From Crocosphaera subtropica ATCC 51142 (GTDB taxonomy: Bacteria > Cyanobacteriota > Cyanobacteriia > Cyanobacteriales > Microcystaceae): a stretch of 32,000 nt of DNA. Shown piece after piece: positions 17,951 to 26,422 of this stretch. How positions within the stretch are numbered: position 1 is the first letter of the stretch; each line of letters starts with the position of its first letter. Both the position numbers and the translations under genes were made by a program. The stretch lies in contig NC_010546.1 in the NCBI RefSeq assembly GCF_000017845.1, positions 3,660,001 through 3,692,000 on the forward strand, in the 5' to 3' direction. The notes under the pieces are model-generated. The model was not told the DNA's origin. It did not search any database and worked only from the letters and a program-made list of their open reading frames with translations.

Positions 17951-19100
17951 AATGAGTCGTGAATAAAAAAAGCTCTGTTTAGGTAAAATTAAAAGAGTAA
18001 TTTCAAAAAGAAACAAACTCATGATAATAGACAATAAGGAGAAAATTGAGCTAATTAAAGAGTTTCTTGAAAATTCATCAAACGGGAGAGAGACTCAAAG
18101 AGCTTTAGCGGTAAAGTTAGTGCTAGAAGGCTATCGTTATGAAAGAGTCTCAGAAATTTTATCTGTGTCACTAGGATTTATTAGTAAATGGGTTAATGCT
18201 TTTAATTTTGGGGGTATAAATGGTTTAAAATAAGGATACAAAGGAAGTAAAAGTTACTTAACAAATCAAGAACGTACCGAGATAATTGAGTGGCTAATTG
18301 AACAAAAAACCTGGGATATTTCTGAACTAGAAGTTTATCTAATTGAGAAATATGATGTGGTTTATCAATCTCTTCAAAGTTATTATAAGATTTTAAAAGA
18401 GGCGAAAATTTCTTGGCAAAAGGGGCAACAAATTAATCCTAGATATCATGAAGAAGTCACTCAAAAAAAAACCAAGAAATAGCGCAAATTCTGGAAAATA
18501 GACGAGAGGAAATAGATTCAGGAAAGCTGATAGTGTATATAGTTGATGAATGTCATCTTCACTGGGAGGATATTTGCGGATATCTATGGAACTTAATAAA
18601 AGAACCCTTAAAAATTCCTCTTTTAAATCCTAAAGAAAGACAGACATATTATGGGGCATTAAATTTATTAACTCAAGAATTTATTTTGCTTCCTTATCAA
18701 AAAGGAAATGGAAAAAACACGGTAGATTTTGTCCAACAATTACAGAAAAAAAATCCCGAAGCTAAAACCTTATGGATTTGGGATGGAGCCAGTTATCATA
18801 GAGGAAAAGAAATGCAAAAGTTTTTAGCTAGAGAAAATCAAGATTTGTCACCAGAAGAATGGCGAGTAACCTGTTGTCTTTTTGCTCCTTATTCCCCTCA
18901 AGAAAATCCCGTAGAAGCAATTTGGTTACAACTCAAAACTTTACTGAGAAGATTTTATAGATTTGGGAAAAATTTTAAAATTGTTAAACGTCTTTTTCAA
19001 CTTTTTGTTGAGTTGAAACTATTCAATCTTCCTAATTTTAAAAACTACGAGGCTTTTTCACGATTCAGTTAGACTAGCTATATTAATTCAGACTCATCAA
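17951..19100 (+). mobile_element. IS630/Tc1-mariner family insertion sequence (about 1.15 kb)
   Basis: The imperfect terminal inverted repeats ATGAGTCGTGAATAAAAAAAGCT (17952-17974) and the reverse complement of 19076-19097, ATGAGTCTGAATTAATATAGCT, match at 19/22 positions with one gap. TA dinucleotides lie at 17949-17950 and 19101-19102. The element encodes an HTH plus DDE transposase. Exact tips are uncertain by 1-3 nt. Confidence 0.75.
18021..19072 (+). pseudogene. IS630-family transposase interrupted by an in-frame TAA and a -1 frame change
   Basis: The N-terminal HTH (18021-18230) is followed by an in-frame TAA at 18231-18233. The same frame then continues GYKGSKSYLTNQERTEIIEWL... to a stop at 18480. 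The catalytic part (KKNQEIAQIL...VDECHLHW...WDGASYHRG...YSPQENPVEAIW) is in the -1 frame, entered at the A9 run at 18463-18471. Confidence 0.75.
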
Positions 19101-19195
19101 TAACAAATTTGGAAGAACTTTCCTTACCTTTCCAGTTCAAAATTTTGTCTGTATATTTCTTGAGATGTTTAAACATAGTTAGCCTATTCTCGTTT

Positions 19196-20134
19196 TTAAC
19201 AATATCCCATTAATGCCTCTGTTTGCCATTCTAAAGTATCTCCAATCGTCGAACCATTGTGATAAGCAGCGAGTAAAATTTCGCTAGTTTTACCCCAACT
19301 AATCACCCCGTTATGATCCAATGCGATCGCCCCTAAATCTCTATCTCGTTTTTTACATTCTTCCATGGACTTCTGCATCGCATCGGGTAAAGATAACCCA
19401 TCTCCGACACGAATGACTACCCTTGCGGCCAAACATTCATTAACAATATCTTCTCCCACACCAGTGCAACTCACCCCTGCCTCTGCCGTCGCATAGTTAC
19501 CGGCTGGCATGGCTGAGTCACTGACCCGGCCAATTCTTTCTAACCCTTTTCCTCCCGTAGAGGTTCCGGCCGCAATTTTTCCCTGACTATCCAAAGCAAC
19601 AACGCCAATGGTTCCCCGTCGTGCTTCAGAAGACTCTGTACTGGCGAATAAACGCCCCATTTTGCGCTGAAAATCATCTTTCCACTCTGCGATCCATTCC
19701 ATCGCCCGAAACTCTGTTAACGGGTCATAAATGGGGATATTCAACTCTCTAGCCAATTCTGCAGCCCCCATATCCGAAAGAATGCGATCGCTTTCTGCTT
19801 GTAAATATTTAGCTAAGTCGATGGGATTTTTGACACGAGAGATATTAATCACACCGCTAAAGGTTTGACTCAACCCTTCCATCAAGGACGCACTCATACG
19901 AATTTGTCCATCGGATTGTAACACCGATCCCGTTCCTGCGTTAAAACTGGGTTCATTTTCGAGTAACTGACAACCCCTAACCACTGCATCTATTGCGGTT
20001 CCCCCCTCTGTCAATAACTGATACACTTCGGTAACGATTTGATGAAGAGAGGGACGCACTTTTTGTAAACCTCCCTTATCGTCTAGGGAACTAGCACCTC
20101 CGTGAATAATTAGTTTAGGTTGGGTTGTAGTCAT
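19196..20134 (-). CDS. isoaspartyl peptidase / plant-type L-asparaginase (Ntn hydrolase)
   Basis: HGGAS is at the N-terminus. The autoprocessing site is RRG|TIGVVALD with the nucleophile Thr. GTSTGG and GVGEDI are also present. The length is 312 aa. Confidence 0.88.
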   Translation of the reverse strand: MTTTQPKLIIHGGASSLDDKGGLQKVRPSLHQIVTEVYQLLTEGGTAIDAVVRGCQLLENEPSFNAGTGSVLQSDGQIRMSASLMEGLSQTFSGVINISRVKNPIDLAKYLQAESDRILSDMGAAELARELNIPIYDPLTEFRAMEWIAEWKDDFQRKMGRLFASTESSEARRGTIGVVALDSQGKIAAGTSTGGKGLERIGRVSDSAMPAGNYATAEAGVSCTGVGEDIVNECLAARVVIRVGDGLSLPDAMQKSMEECKKRDRDLGAIALDHNGVISWGKTSEILLAAYHNGSTIGDTLEWQTEALMGYC

Positions 20135-20295
20135 GAATTGTTATCCTGTATTTGAGAACGTCTTCTGCGACATCGTTCAGAGCAGTATTTTACATCATCC
20201 CAACATTTGGCCCATTTTTTTCGCCATGTAAAGGAAAGGCCACAAACAGGACATATTTTTGTGGGGAGATCGGATTTTGAGGGTTGACGAGCCAT
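20131..20295 (-). CDS. DUF2256 zinc-ribbon small protein (not in the ORF track)
   Basis: My translation gives [54 protein letters not shown] (54 aa), with the CPVCG...YCSERC pattern of DUF2256. Its TGA overlaps the ATG of the downstream peptidase (ATGA at 20131-20134). Confidence 0.7.
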   Translation of the reverse strand: MARQPSKSDLPTKICPVCGLSFTWRKKWAKCWDDVKYCSERCRRRRSQIQDNNS

Positions 20296-20363
20296 TGATT
20301 CAGTTATCAGGGAGCATCTTATTGCTTTATTATAGGATCAAGAAAATTATGATTAATTGATTG

Positions 20364-20690
20364 ATGGTAAGCACCACTTCCACCCAGTTATCAACTATCT
20401 TACTGGGATTTCGAGCTTTATCTGATCCCATTCGTTTACAAGTTTTGGAGTTATTAAAACGTCAAGAATTATGTGTTTGTGACCTGTGTGAGCAACTTGA
20501 TATTAGTCAATCTAAACTCTCTTTTCACTTGAAAAATCTAAAAGAAGCTCAGTTAGTGCGATCGCGTCAAGAAGGTCGTTGGATTTATTATTGTTTAAAT
20601 TTATCTCAATTGGCTCTCCTAGAAAACTATCTATCTCAATATCAACAATTTCAGCATATTTTGCCAGCACACTCTTGTGAGGAACAATAA
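20364..20690 (+). CDS. arsR: ArsR/SmtB-family metalloregulator with an ELCVCDLC motif
   Basis: ALSDPIRLQVLELLKRQELCVCDLCEQLDISQSKLSFHLKNLKEAQLV carries a wHTH plus the Cys-x-Cys-x-x-Cys triad, as in the plasmid R773 ArsR As(III) site. Confidence 0.82.
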   Translation: MVSTTSTQLSTILLGFRALSDPIRLQVLELLKRQELCVCDLCEQLDISQSKLSFHLKNLKEAQLVRSRQEGRWIYYCLNLSQLALLENYLSQYQQFQHILPAHSCEEQ

Positions 20691-20710
20691 GTTAAATACG
20701 TTGTTTATTA

Positions 20711-21079
20711 TTATTCCAACATTTCAGATAATTCTCTCCAAATCGTTAGTGGATTGAAAGGCTTCCTCAAAACACCGACCACCCCAATTTCTTGATAATA
20801 GTTTTCATCTCTAGGTAAAGCTCTAGCTGTTAATAACACAATAGGAATTTCTTGGGTCAGAGGGTCAGCTTGTAGAGCTTCAACAACTTGAAATCCATCC
20901 ATATCAGGCATGGACACATCAAGAAGAATAACATCTAACTCTTCAGTTTTGGCTTTTTCGAGACATTCTAACCCTGATGATGCTCTGAAAACTTCCCATT
21001 GAGCCAATTTTTGAAAAGCAATTTCAGCAATATCAAGGATATCTTGATCGTCATCAACCAGAAGAATTCGTTTTGTCAT
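20711..21079 (-). CDS. single-domain CheY-like response regulator
   Basis: The features are ILLVDDD, DVILLDVSMPDMDG (acceptor Asp), LLTA and a conserved Lys (RKPF). It is 122 aa with no output domain. Confidence 0.9.
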   Translation of the reverse strand: MTKRILLVDDDQDILDIAEIAFQKLAQWEVFRASSGLECLEKAKTEELDVILLDVSMPDMDGFQVVEALQADPLTQEIPIVLLTARALPRDENYYQEIGVVGVLRKPFNPLTIWRELSEMLE

Positions 21080-21317
21080 TTAACTGATTCCTAATCATAA
21101 TTAAAACGAGATTCATCTAGGGAACACACAAGGATGATTGAATATTAAATCCAATTATCAAAGCTAATTTTTCTCTAAAAACCGTAAAGAATTGAGTTTT
21201 TTTATAGTTAATAGATAAATTTGATAAGCTCTATGTAAAGCAATGTAACAATTAAACTTTTTTTTGTCAATTGAGGGTTTCACTTAGCTAACTTTACCAA
21301 TACTTTAAAAAAGTTGT

Positions 21318-24300
21318 TTAATAGGGTTCCTTAAATAAAGGTACGGTAAAGTAAAAGGTACTTCCTTCTCCTAAAATACTGTCAACCCAAATACGTCCAT
21401 TGTGTTGTTGGATAATGCTTTGACAAATAGCTAAACCTAACCCAGTACCCCCTTTTTGACGAGCATCGGAAGCATCAACCTGTTGAAATCGTCCAAAAAT
21501 TGTTTGTAATTTGTTAGTAGGAATGCCCCTTCCTTGATCTTTGACAGAAAAGAGAACAAAAGAAGGGGTTTGAGCAGTAGAATCTGGATCATTGAATAAT
21601 TTAGCCGTTAAGCAAATTTTTGTACCTTCAGTAGAGAATTTAATTGCGTTACTGAGAAGATTGGTTAAAGTTTGAATAATTGCATCATGAGAAGCCCAAA
21701 CATAAGCAGAGATAGAAGTTAATTCAATCGTAATTGAGGCTTCTGTCGCCATCGCACTAATAGTCTCAACTGCATCAGTCAGCAAATTATCGACTTGACA
21801 AACTTCTTTAATCAGCCGAACCTTTCCTGATTCTAACCGTTCGAGATCGAGGATATCATTGACTAATCGGATCAAGCGATCGCAGTTTCTCAGAACAATT
21901 TTCAGCATATGTTCAACGGTTTCTGGTTCTTCTTGTAAAACACCAGCGTTTAACAGACCTAATGCTCCTCGCATGGAGGTTAGGGGAGTCCGTAGTTCAT
22001 GACTAACCACAGAGATAAATTCTGTTTTAAGACGATCAAGCTCACGACGTTCGGTAATATCTTGAACTTGAGTAACAAAATAGAGGGGACGTTCATCTTG
22101 ATCCTGAATGACAGAAACGGTCAAAAAGCCCCAGATGATAGAACCCGATGCCGAAATATAGCGTTTTTCCGTTTGATATGTCTTGCTCTGACCACTCACA
22201 AGCTGTTTAAAACCCTCAAGACTCATGGCCAGATCCTCAGGATAAGTAATTTCTTGAAAATTTTTTAGTAGAAGCTCCTCTTCACTGTATCCCAGCATTT
22301 CACAGAAAGCCTGATTGACTTTCAAAAATTGTCCGTTTAACGAGACTAAAACCATACCCACTCCAGCACTTTCAAAGGCACTGCGAAACCGCTCTTCGCT
22401 GTCTCGTAACGCAAGTTCTGCTCCTTTGCGATCGCTAATATCAACCATCATGCCACTCCAACGTTTGCCTCCGTCAGCGTGAGGGTTGGGAGTAGGCTGA
22501 GAGGTTATTTTTATCCATTTTATGCGACCTGACGGGAGAACAAGACGAATTTCAGTCAAAAAACGTTCGTTATTTTCTAGGGCAGATTCTTTACTTTGTT
22601 GAATAAGAGAAAGGTCTTGGGGATGCACCATGCGCCAGAAAACACTGAAATCTTGTATCAACATATCAGGCTCTGTTTCTAAGAGTTCTCGACACCTAGG
22701 ACTCATATAAACAAAACGCTCTGAGCCGTTCGGATAAATAACATAATCATAAATAACACCAGGAACGGTAACTACTAAATTTTGATAGCGAGCTTCACTG
22801 TGTCGTAACGCTGCTTCAGCTTCTTTGCGATCGCTAATATCTCGACAAATACATAAGAGAACGGTTTCTCCTCCCCAGTTAAGGGGGTTCGCACTAATTT
22901 CTACATCATAAATTGAGCCATTTTTACGACGATGACGAGTTTCAAACGTCTGACTTGACCAACTGGTTTGAGCAATTTTTTGTTGAACTTCTTCTTCTGT
23001 CAACTGAGCTTCCCAGTCAATAACGTGCAAGCTCGTTATTTCTTCGGGTGGATAGCCAAGCATTTTGGCAAAACTGGCATTTCCTCTGATCACAAATCCT
23101 TGTTGATTGAGAATGACAATACCATCTCTGGAAGACTCAAATAAGGCATTACTGCGACTGACCTCTTCAGCTAATAAGGTTTCAGCTTGTTTGCGATCGC
23201 TGATATCTCGACAAATGCACAACTGAACAATTTCACTTCCCCATCTAACTGGGGTAGCACTAATTTCCACATCATAGATCGACCCATCTTTACGACGATG
23301 ACGGGTTTCAAAAATATCATCACATAACTCGCTGTTGGTAATTTTCTGCTCAATTTCCTCTCTAGTAAACTGGGCTTCCCAATCTCGTAAATGTAACCTT
23401 GCGGTTTCTTCGGGTGTACGGCCGAGCATTCTGGCAAAACTTTCATTGGCAAGTACCACATACCCTTGTTGGTTGAGAACCACAATGCCATCAAGGGACG
23501 ATTCAAACAAAGCATTACTCCGACTGACTTCTTCGGCTAATAAAGCTTCTGCTTCTTTGAGTTCTTGAATATCTCGACCAACGGACTGATACTCAATAAA
23601 GTTACCCTGTTCATCAAACAGAATATGATTGATCCATTGAGTCCAACGAATTTGACCATTAACAATAACCCGATTTTCAATGATAGTAATGGGATTTTCT
23701 TTGCTGAGGCTGTTAACTTGTTCCATCACCTGTTCTCGGTCAGGTTCAAAAATCACAGGTTGATAGGTTGTGCCAATCACCTCTGAAGCATTGACATCAA
23801 AATAACGACAATAAGCCTCATTGATAAAAAGAATGGTTCCATCAGGGAGAAAACGGGAAATAAATTCTGTCTGATCTTGTACAATGGCACGATAACGGGC
23901 TTCACTGTCCTGTAAACTGATTACTGCTTGTTTGCGTTCTGTAATGTCTGTGACTCTCACTAAATGAAGGATTTGATTTCCTACACCAATCGGCTTGGCT
24001 GCTAAATTTCCCCAAAATTCCTGACCTTTAAAGGTAATGTATTCAATTTCTCTCTCCCAAAACCCTTTTGCCTCCATTTGAGCAACAATTGCTTTAATCT
24101 CTTCTTCGGTAAACGGTTGTTTTTGCAAAGTATGACCTTCTATCCCAATTAAGTCATCTTTAGAATCAGCTTCAAACAACTCAACCACTCGACGGTTACA
24201 GTCAATAATGAGCAAAGATTGAGGATCGACCAAAAAGATGGCATCGGAAGAATTCTCAAAAATAGATTCTCGGAGGTCTTTTTGTTGTTCTAATGCTAAT

Positions 24301-26360
24301 TCGATTTGTTTGCGATCGCTGATGTCGATACTGACCCCTGTGACGTTCCAAGCATCAATGCTGGAATCTCGATAGGAGGTATAAGTCGTTGAAATCCAGC
24401 GAATTGAGCCATTTTTATGACGAAAGCGATACTCAACCGTAATAGTGCCTTCTGTGGCAAAACGCTCGAAGAGGGGCAAAATAATCGTGTCTCGGTCTTC
24501 TGGGACGACTCTTGACATCCACAGCCCTTGATCAGCCATAATTTCTTGAGGGGTATAGCCGAATAGAATCAGACTGCCGATAGACTGATAGTTATAGGTC
24601 CAGGTTTGATCATCAAACACCCGAAAGCTAAAAATAGAGGCAAAGGTATTATCAAGAATCTGATTCAGTTTTTTTCTGGAGTCTTTGAGAGCTAATTCTA
24701 GTTGCTTACTTTGGGTAACGTCTCTAATGGTGGCAATGATATATTCTTGTTGCTCAATGGAATGATTTTCAGCAGATAATAGTACAGTTCTGACTTCTCC
24801 TGATTTGAGTCTGAGGGTGATTTCTTGACTATAAGCAAAGCCAATTCTCTTGAGTAATTCTTGAAAGTTGCGATATTGTTGAGCATTAGGAAACACATTT
24901 AATTCTAGAGGGGTATGATCCGTTAATTCCTCACGGGAATAACCAGAAAACTCGATGAAGCGATCGTTAACTTCGAGAATACGTCCATCTGGCCAATAGC
25001 TAATCACGATGGGATCAGGACTCATGCGAAAGATAGTGGTAAATTTTTTTTGTGATGCTTGTAAAGCGGTTTCAGTACGACGCAAGGACTGTTGTAGTTG
25101 ACTGGCTGTTTGGTTGAAAGCGTTGGTTAAGGAGAAAAGTTCAACAATGTTACTCTCTTGAGATAAAGTATCTTCCCAAGTTCCTGCTAATAACGCTTTA
25201 TTGGCTTGGTTTAAGCGACGAATGGGTTTGATAATCCAATAAGCTGTTAATATTCCCACCACTGTCGTACTCACAAGAGTAATTCCACATAAGATCAGGG
25301 TATAACCAACATTGGCATTAATCGGTTCCATAAACTGCGATGCTGGAACAGCCGTAATAATGAACCAATCTAGTCCAAAGGGATCTTGGTAAGGGCGAAT
25401 GTTGATATAGTGACGTTCCTGGTTAACCCTTAATTCAAGGGCTTGATTGCTCTGAATTTGCCTAAAATCTCCCCATTTTTCCTGGATTTTTTGAGCGATC
25501 GCACGGGTTAAGGGATTTTCACTATTAATGACCTGGAGTCTTTTTAATTCTGTTCCCTTACTATTTTTGATGAAGGTTTGTTCCTGGGTGGAAGTAGCTA
25601 CTAAATCCCCTGTGGGTTCCATGATAAAAATTTGTCCTGATGAGGCAAAACTCAAGGAACTCAGAAACAGGTTAATGTCGGAGAGTAGAATATCTGAATG
25701 CAAAACCCCTTTTAATTCTCCTTGCAGATAGACTAGCCTAACGGCAGACATCAGAGCCACTGGAATGCTAACATCCTTAACAATGGGAGTCCATTGCGGT
25801 TGCTCTTGACCAATTGCTCCTTGATACCATCCCATCTTAGTGACATCAAAATTAGGTGTGGTATGAATGACCTCCGTTCGGTTGCCTTGATCATCAATAC
25901 GATAAAAACGCCGAATTCTCGGAGTTTTTCCTCTTGCTTCCCAAATTGTCAGAGATCCTGGATCAGTAATGATTCCTAGGCGATCTCGACCTACACCGAT
26001 CACTTCTCCTTGAGTATTCCCAAAACTGAGAACAGTAATAGACTCAAATTGTTCAATTTCTCTGAAAAAATGGGCTTCTAGGGCATCAAAATCATTCCAG
26101 TTTATTTCTCCTGCTTCTAATGCCCTCTTATTTTGTTCGATGAGCATTTGAGGCATTTCTAGATAGGTCTTGAGGCGATCGCTGACTCTACCTGAAATTT
26201 CCTCTAGTAAATCATTCGCTAAATGTTCAACGGATTGTTTTCCACTCTGATAAGATAAATATCCCACCAAGGTTACTGCACCTAAAATTTGTAAGACAAA
26301 GGGAAGAATTAAGACCCATTTTAAAGGGATTTTATAAGAACGAATATTAATCGAAGGCAT
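21318..26360 (-). CDS. multi-sensor histidine kinase: TM, Cache-like periplasmic domain, TM, HAMP, about 8 PAS/PAC, HisKA, HATPase_c
   Basis: Two TM segments (residues about 14-36 and 351-377) flank a domain of about 310 aa containing GWYQGA (Cache-like). PAS/PAC units recur, ending in DI(S/T)(D/E)RK. The H-box is FISVVSHELRTPLTSM and the G-boxes are DQGRGIP and GGTGLGLAI. There is no receiver domain. Confidence 0.92.
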   Translation of the reverse strand: MPSINIRSYKIPLKWVLILPFVLQILGAVTLVGYLSYQSGKQSVEHLANDLLEEISGRVSDRLKTYLEMPQMLIEQNKRALEAGEINWNDFDALEAHFFREIEQFESITVLSFGNTQGEVIGVGRDRLGIITDPGSLTIWEARGKTPRIRRFYRIDDQGNRTEVIHTTPNFDVTKMGWYQGAIGQEQPQWTPIVKDVSIPVALMSAVRLVYLQGELKGVLHSDILLSDINLFLSSLSFASSGQIFIMEPTGDLVATSTQEQTFIKNSKGTELKRLQVINSENPLTRAIAQKIQEKWGDFRQIQSNQALELRVNQERHYINIRPYQDPFGLDWFIITAVPASQFMEPINANVGYTLILCGITLVSTTVVGILTAYWIIKPIRRLNQANKALLAGTWEDTLSQESNIVELFSLTNAFNQTASQLQQSLRRTETALQASQKKFTTIFRMSPDPIVISYWPDGRILEVNDRFIEFSGYSREELTDHTPLELNVFPNAQQYRNFQELLKRIGFAYSQEITLRLKSGEVRTVLLSAENHSIEQQEYIIATIRDVTQSKQLELALKDSRKKLNQILDNTFASIFSFRVFDDQTWTYNYQSIGSLILFGYTPQEIMADQGLWMSRVVPEDRDTIILPLFERFATEGTITVEYRFRHKNGSIRWISTTYTSYRDSSIDAWNVTGVSIDISDRKQIELALEQQKDLRESIFENSSDAIFLVDPQSLLIIDCNRRVVELFEADSKDDLIGIEGHTLQKQPFTEEEIKAIVAQMEAKGFWEREIEYITFKGQEFWGNLAAKPIGVGNQILHLVRVTDITERKQAVISLQDSEARYRAIVQDQTEFISRFLPDGTILFINEAYCRYFDVNASEVIGTTYQPVIFEPDREQVMEQVNSLSKENPITIIENRVIVNGQIRWTQWINHILFDEQGNFIEYQSVGRDIQELKEAEALLAEEVSRSNALFESSLDGIVVLNQQGYVVLANESFARMLGRTPEETARLHLRDWEAQFTREEIEQKITNSELCDDIFETRHRRKDGSIYDVEISATPVRWGSEIVQLCICRDISDRKQAETLLAEEVSRSNALFESSRDGIVILNQQGFVIRGNASFAKMLGYPPEEITSLHVIDWEAQLTEEEVQQKIAQTSWSSQTFETRHRRKNGSIYDVEISANPLNWGGETVLLCICRDISDRKEAEAALRHSEARYQNLVVTVPGVIYDYVIYPNGSERFVYMSPRCRELLETEPDMLIQDFSVFWRMVHPQDLSLIQQSKESALENNERFLTEIRLVLPSGRIKWIKITSQPTPNPHADGGKRWSGMMVDISDRKGAELALRDSEERFRSAFESAGVGMVLVSLNGQFLKVNQAFCEMLGYSEEELLLKNFQEITYPEDLAMSLEGFKQLVSGQSKTYQTEKRYISASGSIIWGFLTVSVIQDQDERPLYFVTQVQDITERRELDRLKTEFISVVSHELRTPLTSMRGALGLLNAGVLQEEPETVEHMLKIVLRNCDRLIRLVNDILDLERLESGKVRLIKEVCQVDNLLTDAVETISAMATEASITIELTSISAYVWASHDAIIQTLTNLLSNAIKFSTEGTKICLTAKLFNDPDSTAQTPSFVLFSVKDQGRGIPTNKLQTIFGRFQQVDASDARQKGGTGLGLAICQSIIQQHNGRIWVDSILGEGSTFYFTVPLFKEPY
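22818..23549 (-). repeat. tandem duplication of one PAS/PAC unit (2 x 366 nt) inside the kinase gene
   Basis: Residues about 938-1059 (LLAEEVSRSNALFESSLDGIVVLNQQGY...RHRRKDGSIYDVEISATP...CICRDISDRKQAE) are repeated at about 1060-1181 (LLAEEVSRSNALFESSRDGIVILNQQGF...RHRRKNGSIYDVEISANP...CICRDISDRKEAE) with a period of 122 aa. Confidence 0.85.
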
Positions 26361-26422
26361 AATTTGAAGTCAGAAGTCCCCACATCAGAAGTGACAAAAT
26401 TGAACAAAATTATTATTTTATA

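Larger units (their letters stand above)
17293..19176 (-). pseudogene. TylF/MycF-type (macrocin-O-methyltransferase family) methyltransferase gene split by an IS630 insertion
   Basis: The 5' fragment from the ATG at 19176 reads MFKHLKKYTDKILNWKGKESSSKFV. The 3' part is open from about 17950 and reads RNAISRIRAKKLTYLSEQKLTNISKTCRSIEKEKLPGIFLEAGCALGGSSILIA...MYIYDVFG...HIDVDWYDP...GGSIILDDY. Removing 17951-19102 joins the two fragments in frame. Confidence 0.7.

Noticed and set aside
20296-20363. ArsR/SmtB operator in the divergent spacer
   Set aside because: Only TGAT-N6-ATCA and AT-rich half-sites are present. There is no 12-2-12-type imperfect inverted repeat, which is too weak to annotate.
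21999-25979. Seven short ORFs in the track (21999-22268+, 23171-23515-, 23335-23568+, 23565-23786+, 24698-24898-, 25528-25731+, 25794-25979+)
   Set aside because: All lie entirely within the 1680-aa histidine kinase ORF, which has continuous domain logic. Their translations are low-complexity with no motifs, so they are shadow or alternate-frame ORFs.
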